Assembly: GCA_950097015.1 (NCBI GenBank)
Contig: CATNEN010000009.1
Span: 806,001-870,000, forward strand
Source: Macrostomum hystrix
Lineage: Eukaryota > Animalia > Platyhelminthes
Direction of reading: 5' to 3'
Length of the DNA stretch: 64,000 nucleotides
The position numbers were made by a program, and so were the translations under genes. This document shows positions 1 to 13,366 of this stretch, one piece after another. The notes under the pieces are model-generated. The model saw only the letters and a list, made by a program, of their open reading frames with translations. It ran no database searches and had not been told where the DNA came from. How positions within the stretch are numbered: the stretch's first letter is position 1; every line of letters starts with the position of its first letter.

Positions 1-37
1 GGAAGGTACAGAAACTTGCTCTAAAGCTGTCACCAAC

Positions 38-1229
38 CTGAGCTGAGACCTCCTCATTGTCCTGGAATTTGACGAAGCCGTCCCCGCCATGCCCGGTGAT
101 GTAGATGAGGATGTTGGAGCGGTCGTCAGTGAGCAGCCGTTTGCTGGGCGCGGTGCCCGGGATGTGCCGGCCAGTCAGCACGCGGATGAAGCTCTCCACA
201 GTTACCTCGTAGCCGCCATAGTCCACCTCCACAGTGTCACCGTACAGGTTGGTCGTCTCAGCGGCGTTGTCAAAAATAGTGGCTGGCCGTGGGTTGCGAG
301 CATTGCAGGCCATCTCATCAGCAATCATAAGGATGATGTGGCTGTGGTGATTAAGGAGGTGAAGCTGCTTTTATCACCAGGATGATGTGGCAGTGATTGA
401 AGAATTGAGGATGACAACTCAATTCAACTCAACAACTCAGCCAAGATTATGTGGCTGTGCTGATTGAAGAGTAAAATATTTGTCACAGGTTTATAGTATA
501 ATGCCATTAGTAGTTGAGTCATTGGAAGATAGCTAGCTAGTATTGAAACAAATAAACAACAACAGACCTGTCTGGCATGCCCAGTCGCTTAATGCTGTGA
601 TAAATAGACAACACATTGCCCACATGTCGATAGTTGAACCAGAATCTTGAAGTGTCCACAAGAACAGCCCATGTGTTAGAGGATGAGAAGGCCTGCCAAA
701 GATAGTTAAAATGTTTCAGCTCAAGTTTTCATTTCACTATTGCACAGCTATAATTTGCAAGCTTTAGCAGCAAAAAACTAAGTAGATAAAAGAAAGAGGC
801 TTACAATATAAAGCTTCAATATTTTATTAGCTATATATTTTATATGTTAAATTTTATTATAGCAATTGGCTAGCTGGCTAGCTTTTTTAACTTACAGAAA
901 TCACCACTTGACATTATCAATCTCAAATTTACTTAACAGTGCTTATTGACTTGGAAAGTGTTTGCAGATTTAGCAAATTGGCATAATAAACTATCTAATA
1001 GCTACTTCAAAATTTTAAACTAGTAAAGACCTTAAAGAAAGTAAGAAACTGCTATTATTATTTCAACAATAAGCTAAATAATCATTGAAATTTGTTAGTA
1101 AGATTCATGTTTGCCACTGAAAAAAGTATGTGATGAGTTACTTACACACTTGACAACTGAAACACACGACAATGTCACAAAAAATATGGCAAGCAGGTAA
1201 GCATGTGGAATATTTCTGTTGCATTTCAT
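38..1229 (-). CDS. PIGK: GPI-anchor transamidase catalytic subunit (PIG-K/GPI8), exons 1-3; gene continues beyond the window start
   Basis: Manual minus-strand translation. Exon 1229-1146: MKCNRNIPHAYLLAIFFVTLSCVSVVKC (signal-peptide-like, donor GTAAGT). Exon 692-568: AFSSSNTWAVLVDTSRFWFNYRHVGNVLSIYHSIKRLGMPD. Exon 341-38: HIILMIADEMACNARNPRPATIF...YEVTVESFIRVLTGR...SKRLLTDDRSNILIYITGHGGDGFVKFQD, with the C13-peptidase catalytic His motif GHGG. GT-AG boundaries and phases (0, 2) join in frame. Exon 1 is less certain than exons 2-3. Confidence 0.93.
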
Positions 1230-3539
1230 TGTAGAAAAAAAGCCAATTAAGTCGTAAAGATAGTGAAGGGAGTGAATACAACAAATGAATATCGAATTAA
1301 AGCAAAGTATAGTAGTCAAAAGCAAGGGTGCAGTTGTTTAAAAAATTATTAAATATGCAACTAACAAAAACTGAATTTTGTTAGGTACTACAACAAAAAG
1401 ATAAACAAATTAGGCCAACTTACACAAAACTTGTGGATATTTCAGTATAAAAATCGAATTAAAGAACTAAAATATTGTTGTTAATTTTATGTTTCACTGA
1501 GAAAAAAACTTTTTTTAGAAAATTGTTTCTGAAATAGTTCTGAATTTGTTTGAGAAATTTGTTATCTGAGACCTAAATGCTCGAACATGCACAAGGGTTA
1601 AGTCGCAAGGTGCAAAGTAAACTCAGTTTAATTTAAGTGGACGATTTTCGCAGGACTGCGAAAATCAAACAATATAGAAAAGGTAGTAGCAAAATACGTA
1701 TGAAGACTTATAGCTTCAATAAATGTCGGATTGAGAAACTTGCAGGAAAACTTACACTACTAAAACGGCCCTTTTTAGTTCACATCTCGACTTCTGAGAC
1801 TGACGTGTTCAGTATAGCACAATCTAGCTGCAATCTATTATTCTTCTCATCCTCACCAGCGGAAGCAGAATTCACTTAAAGTTGCATATATATTCCTGAT
1901 CAATCGAAGTCACACGTTAACTAGAGATTAATTTCATTTTCTTGCTTCGACATTGTACAAATCAAAACCGAAAATGAATATTTAATTAGATCGATGATGA
2001 AATGATTTAAAAATATAAAAGAATTAAAACATAGTAAAGTGCTGCACGCTGCCCACATGGCCTAAGGTACAGCATCCTATTGTGCAAGCTTGAGCCTCTG
2101 AGTATGAGGGCGTTTAAGAACGTACGTCATCAAGACTTGGAAGTTTAACATGTAAATAATTTGAAGATAGCTGAACAGAAAATAGTTTTCAAGTTCACAC
2201 ATTCTCACTTTAAATAACAAAACTTATTAGAAATTAAAAAAATTAAAAATGTATGAAAAATGAAACTATATTCAATTCAATAGAGACAGATAGGATTTTG
2301 GGGGTCCTAAAAAGGGCCGTTTTAACATTGATTCAATTTCAAAACAGGTTAACAGTAGAACTACCTACTTTTACTGCACCGAATGGAGCAACGCAATCAC
2401 TGAAACTCGAATGCACGGGCAAAATTTTTGTTGTGCATCTTCTGAAGCAAGAATCAAGTTCGCCAGCCCTTCAGACCTTTGAGATATTCATATTTTCTGG
2501 CCAAATGTCAGATTTTTTCCATTAGAGCTATTTTATTTCGTACTCCTTATGCACGAATTTGCACTGCGCGAGTGCTGCGCGAGTGCTGCGCGAGTGAAAG
2601 TAGAAAAACCGTTAAATAGATTCAATACCCAACTGGTGGCAGCTGCTAGCTGACGGTGCCGAAGGTTCACCGAAGTCGGAGCTCAATTTTGTGTATAAGG
2701 GGTGTGTGAAATACAGTAGCTCCTTTGAGACCTTTGGCCAGAACCCTTGAATATCTCGACGGTCTAAAGGGCTGGCGACTTGATTCTTGTAAACTTGTTT
2801 CAGAAGATGCGCAACATATAGTTGGCCCGTGTTCTTGAGTTTCGTGTGCTTGTGAGTTGTTTTTTTTCCGTTCGCGTACAGCAAAAAAATGTTAGAGGGG
2901 AATTATTTCACTGTTAATGTGAACATGTTAAATTACCGGGAGGGCTTTGCATAGTGTTATAATATAATTTTATATAATATTTAAAAAAATCACAACTATG
3001 AGGCAAATTTGCGCCTCAATAAAAAATCCGAGTTGAAAGTCACAAGAACACGACACGCCATAAAAAGAGCTAAAAATACAATCTGCCATCACTGCCGAAC
3101 GGTGTACTGCCCACGGACTACTCAAGTACTACTATCTACTAGTGGTCCTTGGTACTGCCATAATCGCTTGTTAGATTTTTTTACAAAGAAGCATATTATT
3201 TATTCATATTTAATCAGTTAATTAAATAGTAAAATTGCAGATTTTACTTGATACTAATGTAAGCAACATTTATTTGCTTATACAGCTAACTGTTCAATAA
3301 AATTTGTTCCTCAGTTTTCAATAATGGGTACTGTAAGTAAAGTAAAACGTACATTGTTTAAATCCATAGCTCATAAGGGTTGAAATAGACAGCTTTTCAG
3401 ATTTCTTTTTATAGAACGGCAGCTTTCAGAAGGATAGAGAAAAAACTCAACGATCGATAATTTCAACCCGTAGGGCGGGCGAGCACCCACCCCTTGCCAA
3501 AATGTACATTTTTGCATAAAAACTATCACGAAAAGTTAG

Positions 3540-3908
<369 letters not shown>

Positions 3909-3960
3909 GCCATAGGCTTGCCCCAGCGCTCTAAAATGAGCATTGGTTGAACGCTAAAAC

Positions 3961-3976
3961 GGCCCTTTTCAGGGCC
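3961..3976 (+). promoter_or_regulatory. Histone mRNA 3' stem-loop (SLBP-binding)
   Basis: GGCCCT-TTTC-AGGGCC, flanked by AAAAC and ACCA, about 50 nt after the H4 stop; matches the 6-bp stem/4-nt loop consensus. Confidence 0.95.
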
Positions 3977-5711
3977 ACCACATTTGAATGATGACAACGT
4001 CGTTGAATTTCTTCATCTTGTGACTTAACACTAACTAGTAACTCAAATGCAGTAAGTAGTTTTGACGTCATGATACGTTAATTGCGGTGGTGTAGACGTA
4101 ATTGTCTATTCTGAACTGAAAATTCTGAAGTTATAATAAGTAATTGTAGCAATTAATTCTGTTTATAACAACTTGCAATTCCATATCCTACAGACGTGAT
4201 AGATTTACCCGAAGCCTAAATTGTAGAAATTGCTTTTTGTTTTGTCATAATTTAAGGACTTCATATACTTGACATGTAAATAAAACAAAACAATACGACT
4301 ATCAATCTATTGTTACTTACTATAAGTGCACTATTTTGCCTTTGTGTGCCTATTACCCATCAAGAATCTGTTACTCTAGGCACTTATGGCAAGTCTTAAC
4401 AATGTTAAACGTTACTAGTTTACGCCCATAAAGTTTTTCTGTCAACGCTAAGTTATTCATACAGGATTCTAGTAAAACCTCGTAAGTAAGTCCTTAAGTA
4501 TAACTAGTATTATAGTAAAACCTTAGAGCACAATGGCTCTAGTCTAGGCGTAAAACAAAAGTCAAAATTTTACTATTTTAAAATACTATAAATAGCTGAA
4601 CGCATCTAGAGGATATATGCAGGAAGTCAGTGCATCTGATTAGCCACATTAACGTGAGATAATTCGAATGCTTACATTCTTTCCCGTCTACTGGTAGTAG
4701 AGCGGTAAGAAAATGCGTTAAAATTGAACGATAATGTGTAAAACCGATTCATTTAAAAAGCCATCTTTATAGTCATTTAAACTGCAACTGGCGAGCTGTG
4801 TGTATTTGTTTCCGATGGCAACTCGCTGATCCTAGCCAAGCTAATGAATACACTGCGGCAAAGCCCGCGCACAAGCAGTTAAGGTGTGGTGGGGCATTTG
4901 TAAAACCGAACTGGCCAATAACATTGATGAGGAAACATTCGTAGGAAAAACTGCTTAGGGATAATTTAAAATATCCGAAAATCCCTCTGCAAAAAGACGA
5001 CACGGACCAGTGGGAAACAACACAGGTTATCACCCAGAACAGGTGCAAATGAGACAATAAATAATTACAGTAAAGCAAGCGGGTAGACAGGCAGTGCTAG
5101 CTTTTAAAGCCTTGAAACAATTGAAGAGAAGCTCTCATGGAAACAGGCTGTACAACTCGGCGAAACTAGCGAAGGCGAGCGACTTGGCGAAATGAGTTGG
5201 AAACCAAAATTAGTAAACAAACACATTAATAAATGAATGATGATAGAAAATCCACCAAATTGGATTGCGTGGGCAAAATAAAATAATTAAATATCTTGCT
5301 TTTTTATATCGAGTCGGCCAGAGGGCCCAGACAGCAGCACAAGGTCGCGCGTGCTTTGGATGCATTGCTAAAGAGTCTGCTTTGCTAATGAATGCAGAAT
5401 TTCAGCATAAATTTCAGTCTTGTCGCAACATATCGGGTGGGTCATAATGAGATTTCGAGAAAAAGTAAATGTAAATGAAAAATATGTCAATTGCGTTGAA
5501 TTTTTGTGTCAGCTGTGGAATTGCAGTGCACTTGTGTTTTTGTCAAGGTTTAGTTGGGACCCAGAAAGCATTTTAACAACAGTGCGCAAATAGCGCTACT
5601 ATAAGTAACAATAAAAGTAATAGTACACAGAATAAACAAAAAGCGCAGTAAAAACGTATAAATTTACAAAAGAGAACTGTGTTCCATTTTAGGTAGGTAT
5701 ATAGGTAGAGT

Positions 5712-8700
5712 TCAGGCATTAAGCGAAGTGAGGAAAATAATTTTAGAGCATCTAAATTTTTCTGACACTTTTGAGGACTCCTCGACTGGTCTGAGCAGTG
5801 GCGGCCCCTGCAGGACCGTAGGGGACCCGATACAGCAGTCCCTGAAGGACTGGATGGGGTAAGATACAGCAGTCCCTGAAGGACTGGATGGGATAAGATA
5901 CAGCAGTCCCTGAAGGACTGGATGGGATAAGATACAGCAGTCCCTGAAGGACTGGATGGGATAAGATACAGCAGTCCCTGAAGGACTAAATGGGATAAGA
6001 TACAGCAGTCCCTGAAGGACTAAATGGGATAAGATACAGCAGTACCTGAGGGACTGGATGGATAAGATACAGCAGTACCTGAGGCACTGGATGGATAAGA
6101 TATAGCAGTACCTGAAGGACTAAATGGGATAAGATACAGCAGTCCCTGAAGGACTAAATGGGATAAGATACAGCAGTACCTGAGGCACTGGATGGATAAG
6201 ATACAGCAGTACCTGAGGGACTGAGGAAGGGAGACGGTAGCGATGGTAGGGGCCACTGCTCAGGTCAGCCAATGGTCGGCCCGCAAATTTCGAACAAAGG
6301 AAATGCTGTGAAATCGCTGGACCAGTACAGTAAACGGAGAGAAAGCAGAGCTAGCCACGGAGATGAGGCCTGAAAGCGGAGTCTGTAAAAGCGGAGAGTC
6401 CGCAGTAAATGAAGACAGGCTGAGACTTGACGGATCAGAACCTCGAGCCTCCAGGGCCACCGTCGCAGCCGCTGGTGTTGTGCCGACCTCGCAGTGGACG
6501 GCGGCTGGGGCCTCCGCCTGATGATGGCGACTGTAGGAGCTGCTGCTGCTGCTGAGGTGGCTGCGGTGGTGCCGGCGGCTGCTGCTGAGGCAACGCCGAA
6601 GACGCAGGCGGAGGCGGCAGCGGCGGCTGCGGCTGGCCGGGACTTCGCGCCAGCGGGCTGGGACCCACGGCGCCGTGCAACGACTTCCGCCTCGGGCTGA
6701 GCGTGCGGCCTCCGCCGCCACCAGCGCCGCCGACGCCGCCGCCGCCACCGCCACCGCCGCCACCGGCGGATGACGATGATGAGGAAGAGGCGGCGCGGGC
6801 CCTCGGCGGCGCCGGCGCTGCCAGCGAGCAGGCGGCGGAGGTGGCGGCTGCGGCTGCTGGAGACAGCGGCGAGCCCTGCGGCTGGTGCTGAAGGTGGCCG
6901 AGGCCGATGGCAGCTGACAGGGACTGCGGCCTGTTGGCCGGACCGCCTCCGCCGTCGCCGGTGGGTCGCAGCACCCGATAGCGGACCGGAGCAGCTGCGG
7001 CCGCCGCGGCGGAGGCGGCGGCTGCCGAGGAGCTGGGACTGCTGGACTGCCCGCTGACCCGGCGCGAGTGCTGCAGAGGCGGCAGATTGGGATTTGGCCG
7101 TAGGGGATTTTTTACTTTAGGGAAAAATAAATTAGAGGATTATAAATAGCTTATTATAAGAGGATTAGAGGATATCTAATCTGTTTACGGCTGTTCAGTC
7201 CATGGACTGGGGGGACTTCACAACCACCCTCAAATACCCGAGCTGACGCTGGTACCCATCTAACAGGTCGGTGAGCTGAAGCACTACAGAGTTGATTGTC
7301 TTGCTAAAGGACACAAATTGTTCCAGCGGTAGTCGGGAATCGAACCCACGACGCACGAACGCTCAAACCAAGACTATAAAATTGGAGACCTTAAAAATGA
7401 TTCGGGACTCAAGGGTCAGTGCTGCCCACCTTGGCTCCCGGGTGCTGCTGCTGCTGCAGGTGCTGCATCTGGGGCCGCCGCACCATGCGGCCGTGCTGCT
7501 TGCCCCTCGGCCTGCCGTCGGCGCGGATCGGCGTGGCGGACAGCGGCGTGGCTCTGAGCTGCAGGCGGGGCTCGCGCAGGATCAGGGCGATGACCTCCGG
7601 ATGCGGCAGGCCGGTGACCGGGGCCTCGTTGACGTGAGTGACGAGGTCACCGGAGCGCAGGCCGGCCGCCTGGGCGGGGCTGCCCGGGTGCACGTGGACC
7701 ACCAGGTGGTGCAGCAGGAAGAAGTTGCTGTCGCCCTGATAGACCCGGATGGCCCGGATGGTGAAGCCGAAGCCCTGCGGACCGCGGCTGATGACAAGCG
7801 GGCTGCCGGTCAGCTGCGGCTGCTGCGGCCTGCCAAGCAGAAAATGTTTCAGTCAATTGAAAATTCGCAAGCTGCGCTACTGCCAGTAGAGTGAGAAGAA
7901 AAGTGGATGTGCCGAGTGCCGAGTGCCTCATCCCTGAGTGCGCAGGGCTTCAACACCAGGACAGGTTTGAATGGCTCCGAAAACATTCGGCATCAAAGAT
8001 GACAAGGGCTCTATACGGATATTCAGGTGCAGGTAGTGGCGGAGTATGGATGTGAGGTACAGAATGAGATGAGATGCAGGGAGGAGATAAGATGCAGGGA
8101 GAAGATGAGATGCTGGGAAGAGACGAGATGCAGGGAGATGATATGCAGGGATGAGATAAGATGTAGAGAGAAGATTAGATGCAGGGAAATGAGATGCAGG
8201 GAGATAAAATGCAAGTTGGAGATGAGATGCAAGGTGGAGGTGAGATGCAAGGTGGAGGTGAGATGCAAGGTGGAGGTGAGATGCAAGGTGGAGGTGAGAT
8301 GCAGGGTGGAGCTGAGATGCAAGGTGGAGGTGAGATGCAAGGTGGAGGTGAGATGCAAGGTGGAGGTGAGATGCAGGGTGGATGAGAAGCAGGGAGAAGG
8401 GGGAAAAGACAGGTGAGCTGAGGTTTGACAAGGCACGTTGTAAATCTGATCAAGAGCCTACTTTGTTTGCTCAGAAGTGCACCAAATCCATATTGGTGGA
8501 AATTATTGTCCAAGCAAAGAGTCCGTGCCTGAGTAGACTCACACGAGACTCAGCTCGTAGAGTTTTGTGCTCAAGTGCATATAGAATGCTTATCAGAGTC
8601 AGATTATGTAAAATATAAGTCCAGCGGCAAAAATGCTTCGATGCCTACTAATAAGTAGAGTAGTAAGATGATACAAAAATATGCTCGCAATAGGAAAAAG

Positions 8701-11700
8701 TTTTCAAACGAAGCCCAAGTCTCAAGTGCAGCGAAAAATTACGCGGAAACAGCAAAGGGGGAGGGGAGCTTCACCTCTTCTTGGTGCTGCTCCGCCGGCT
8801 GAAAACGGGCGACCTGAATTTTTAATGGGGGAAGGCGCGTGGCGCGGAGGGCCCGCAGGGCACCCTGTTAGAGCACTTTTGACAGCTTAAAAAATACAGA
8901 GTGAAAGTGAACAGACACATTTTGCGACTGATTTATAATGCAGAGGAGGAGAGATGCGCTTAGGCTGAGGCCAGAGGTCAGGTCATGGAGGGTGTGAATT
9001 TAGAACACAGGTAAGGCAATACTCGCGGAGGTCATACACACGAAAGGTCATAAAGTGGGTGAGGCGAGGTCACACAGGGGTCAGGTCATACACAGGTAAG
9101 GTCATAGAGAGGGTAAGGTCATGCAGGGGTCAGGTCATACACAGGTAAGGTCATAGAGAGGGTAAGGTCAAACATGAGTAAGGTCATATAGGGGTCAGGT
9201 CATACACAGGTATGGTCATTGAGAGGGTTAGGTCATGCACAGGTAAAGTCATACAGGGGAGAGATCATACACAGGTATGGCCATAGAGGGTAATGTCATA
9301 CAGGGGTGAGTTCCTAGAGTGGTTGAGATCATGGAGGGGCATTAGTGAGGCAGGAGTCAGCCACCTCAGCCACCATAGCGCAAAGTCAAAGAAGCCGCAG
9401 AGCGCGCAGTCCTTTAGAGGAAGATTCTCAGTTCCACACATTCTCAGAGCCAAACAAGCAATGGCTCTGCCACCTACCTGGCGGGCAGCTGGTGAGCACT
9501 CGGGCTCCGGGTGACCATCGAGCCGACGTCGGCTCCGCTGGTGGCCAGCGGCGACACGGGAGCCCTGCGCAGACTGGAGGTTCGCCGGAGGTGCCCGGCT
9601 GAGATGGTCGACGCTGACAGGCCCTGCGGCTGAGGCGGAGGCAGCAGCGGCTGAGAAGGCGCCGGCGAAGGTTGCGGAGGCGGCGAGGCGTCGCCAGTGC
9701 CGCTGCTGCTGCCACCGCTGCCGGCGCTGCGGGTCCGGCCGGCGACGATGCTGATTGGCCAGCTGGCAGGTCCGGGCGAGGGCAGCGGCGGTGCCGGCTG
9801 CTGCGGCTGCAGCTGTGCCGGTGGCGGTGGCGGTGGCGGTGGCGGTGGCGGCGGGGGCGGCTGCGGCGGCTGCAGAGTCGGCGGTGACGGCACCGGGTGC
9901 GGAGAGACGGGCGCGGACAGCTGGGAGAAGCGGGGGCTGTAGGAGCCGAAGCTGTGGAACAAGGGATCGTCGGAGTCCTCCACGTTGTTGTCATCGTCGG
10001 AGTTGGAGTCGTGGTTGTAGCGGTCGGAGCGGGGATCGAAGTAGCTGGTGTCCTCCTCGTTCTCGAGCTGGGGCACGAACTCAGACTTCTCCTTCAGCAG
10101 GCCGGTCCAGTCAATGCCGTCGAAGAAGGCGTGCTCCTTCACCTCGTGCGGCCCGCCAGTGCCCAGGCGCAGCAGGGGGCTGGTCTCCAGCAGCCGGGTG
10201 ATCAGGTCCACCTGCGGAAGGCAAAGTATTGAGTTTTTACCTTCTAATCAAAGCCACCCAAGCTTCTCACAGCCACCCCAAGCAATTCACAGCCAACCAA
10301 GCTACTCACAGCCACCCCAAGCTACTCACAGCCACCCCAAGCTACTCACAGCCACCCCAAGCTACTCACAGCCACCCCAAGCTACTCACAGCCACCCAAG
10401 CTTCTCACAGCCACCCCAAGCAATTCACAGCCCCCCAAGCTACTCACAGCCACCTCAAGCTACTCACAGCCACCCCAAGCTACTCACAGCCACCCCAAGC
10501 TACTCACAGCCCCCCAAGCTACTCACAGCCACCTCAAGCTACTCACAGCCACCCCAAGCTACTCACAGCCACCCCAAGCTACTCACAGCCACCCCAAGCT
10601 ACTCACAGCCACCCCAAGCTACTCACAGCTACCCCAAGCTACTCACACCCCCCCAAGCTACTCACAGCCACCCCAAGCTACTCACACCCACCCCAAGCTA
10701 CTCACACCCACCCAAGCTACTCACACCCACCCAAGCTACTCACAGCCACCCCAAGCTACTCACAGCCTCTTCCGGCAGTTGGTCGTCGCCGTCGGGCCAC
10801 TCGATGGCTGGCGGTGGGTCGGACACGAGCAGCATGAAGAGCTCCTCGGCGGAATTGGCAGAGAAGGGCACGCAGCCCACCAGGAATTGGTACAGGATGA
10901 TGCCGGCCGCCCACCAGTCCACCGGCTTGCCGTAGCCCTGGCGCAGGATCACCTCCGGGCTGATGTACTCCGGAGTGCCGTAGATCTGAGCGTCACGGAA
11001 CATGTTGCAGTCTTTCAGGCTGCTCTCGTACAGGCTCGTGGCCAGATTCATGAGGCCGATCTTGCTCAGGCCGAAGTCCGTCAGCTTGATGTGACCCTCG
11101 CTGCTGATTAGCAGGTTTGACGGCTTCAGATCGCGGTGCACGATGCCGTAGCTGTGCAGATACTCCAGCGCCAGCACCATCTCGGCGAAGTACATGCGCG
11201 CCAGGTCCAGCGGGAGCACCTGCGCGGTTTTGACAATTTTCGATACATATAGGCACTCGAACTGATGACTAGCTTAATGACCAAACTGATGACCAGCTTA
11301 ATAACCAAACTGATGACCAGCTTAATGACCAAACTGATTACTAGACTAATGACCGAACTGATGACTAGACTAATGACCAAACTGATGACTAGCCTAATGA
11401 CCAAACTGATGACTAGCCTAATGACCAAACTGATGACCACCCTAATGACCAAAGCTGCAAAGCACTCACCACAATCTGCTTGAGCAGGGAGGCGCAGTCG
11501 CCGCCCTCCACGAACTCCATGACCATGCAGAGGTATTTCTTAGTCTCAAAGGTGCAGAACAGGGACACCACGAATGGATTATCGGCAAATGACAAAATGT
11601 CCCGCTCGGCGAAGGCCTGATCAACCTGATTGCGCAACACCAGGTGAGTCTTTTTCACCTTCTTCATGGCGAAGCGCTGCTTGCTGGCCCGATGACGCAC

Positions 11701-13334
11701 CAGATGAACTGCGCCGTAGGCACCGTTGGAAATAAGCTTCACCACCTGCGGCAAAGCGAGGGAAACAAACGATAGGCCAGTCAACCAATCAGTCAATAAG
11801 TCGAACAATCAATCAAATAAGTTGATCAATCCATCAATGAGTTTATCAATCCATCAATGAGTTTATCAATCCATCAATGAGTTGATCAATCCATCAATGA
11901 GTTGATCAATCTATCAATGAGTTGATCAATCAATGAGTTGATCAATCCATCAATGAGTTGATCAATCAATGAGTTAATCAATCCATCAATGAGTTGATCA
12001 ATCAAATTCAAATCGATCGCACCAGTCAACTAACCTGGAAGTCCTCCTCGCACGGCTCCTGAAAAATGGCGCCGCCGCTTTTTCCACCGCCGCAGGCGCC
12101 GCCGGCCTCGGACGCAGCAGCTGATGCTGAGGTCGACGATGCCGCTGAAGACGCGGTTGACGAAGCCGGAGGACCGGCAGCAGCGGCCGCGGCAGTAGCC
12201 GAGGTCTCAATGTCCACCAGATCATCCAGAGGGTCTTTGTTTAAGCCTAGCTTGGAGATAATGTACCGTGGTATGTCAGTCTGCAGTTTTTCCACCTGGC
12301 GCACCTGTTTGATGATTATAAAATAGAGATGGCGGCTTAGATACAAAATACTTCAATAGGATGTCACCTTTACCTTATCAATCTTCTTGTATACCATTTT
12401 CTAAGAAAAAACAATAACGTCGTAGTGTATTCCGGATCACTGAATTCTGATTGGCTGAAAGTCCCGAATTCCCCCGATTGGCCAGAATCCAAATCGGCTG
12501 GGGTCCCTATCGGCTAATCCTGATTGGCTGGGGTCCAGATTGGTCGAATCAAAGCTTCCCAATTCAAAGCCCGGCCCCTCAATTTCGCACCTGTCCCTCG
12601 GCGGCCTCCAGCAGCTGCAGGAACTCAGCAGGGTCGAACTCCAGGCACTCCAGCAGGCGGGCAGTGCGGGACACAATGATGAGCAGCCGGCGGCCCCAGT
12701 CAATGACGCGGGGCAGGGCCTCACGGCTCTTGTCCTCGCACTCCTTAGCTAGGAGCTCTACCTTCTGGCTGATGTCGAAGAAGAAGGCGCTGGAGAGCTG
12801 CTTGTCCTGCGAGCGCTGCAGGCACTCCCTGGTGAGCTCCTGGATCTGCAGCAATGAGTAGCGCGCGATGGCATTCCGCTCCTCATTCTTCTGCGCCTCC
12901 AGGCTGGCCTGGAAGGCGCGCAGCCGCTCCTCCATCTGGGCCGTGGCGTTAGGGAAGCGGTCCTTGTAGACGCTGTTCATCAGCACCAGGTCCTGGCGGG
13001 TTCGGGCGGGTGAGTCTTTAGAATAGATTTCTTAGGAATTAAGGGATTGTAAAGCAATATGCTCAGAGAGGTCAGGAGTTCGAATCCTTGTAGAAGGACC
13101 ATGAATTCGCTAGTGCTTCAGGGCATCCAGCTGTGAAATGAGGACCAGCTGCAGCTGGGCCACTGACTGTACATTAGGCCGAACTTAGGGCGGCATTTTC
13201 AAGAAATAATCACCTGATCGGGTCCTGGGGAGCGGGCCGGGCTGCTGAGGCTGCGAGAGCGCGGCCTGAATGGCGAGTGCCGCTCCGGAACCTCCTCCAG
13301 CGCCGGGTTCGAATCCGTGCTACTGTGCTGCTGC

Positions 13335-13366
<32 letters not shown>

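Noticed and set aside
89-385. Plus-strand 98-aa ORF
   Set aside because: Antisense shadow of PIGK exon 3.
2612-2884. ORF with YVAHLLKQV, faintly like H2B YVYKVLKQV
   Set aside because: Similarity is limited to a few residues and the rest of the histone fold is absent; not supportable without a search.
5829-6222. 34-bp unit with internal hairpin resembling a CRISPR direct repeat
   Set aside because: No unique spacers, eukaryotic intron context and no cas genes.
12430-12570. Cluster of ATTGG (CCAAT-box) motifs in a MAST intron
   Set aside because: More simply a degenerate short repeat; no evidence of a promoter.
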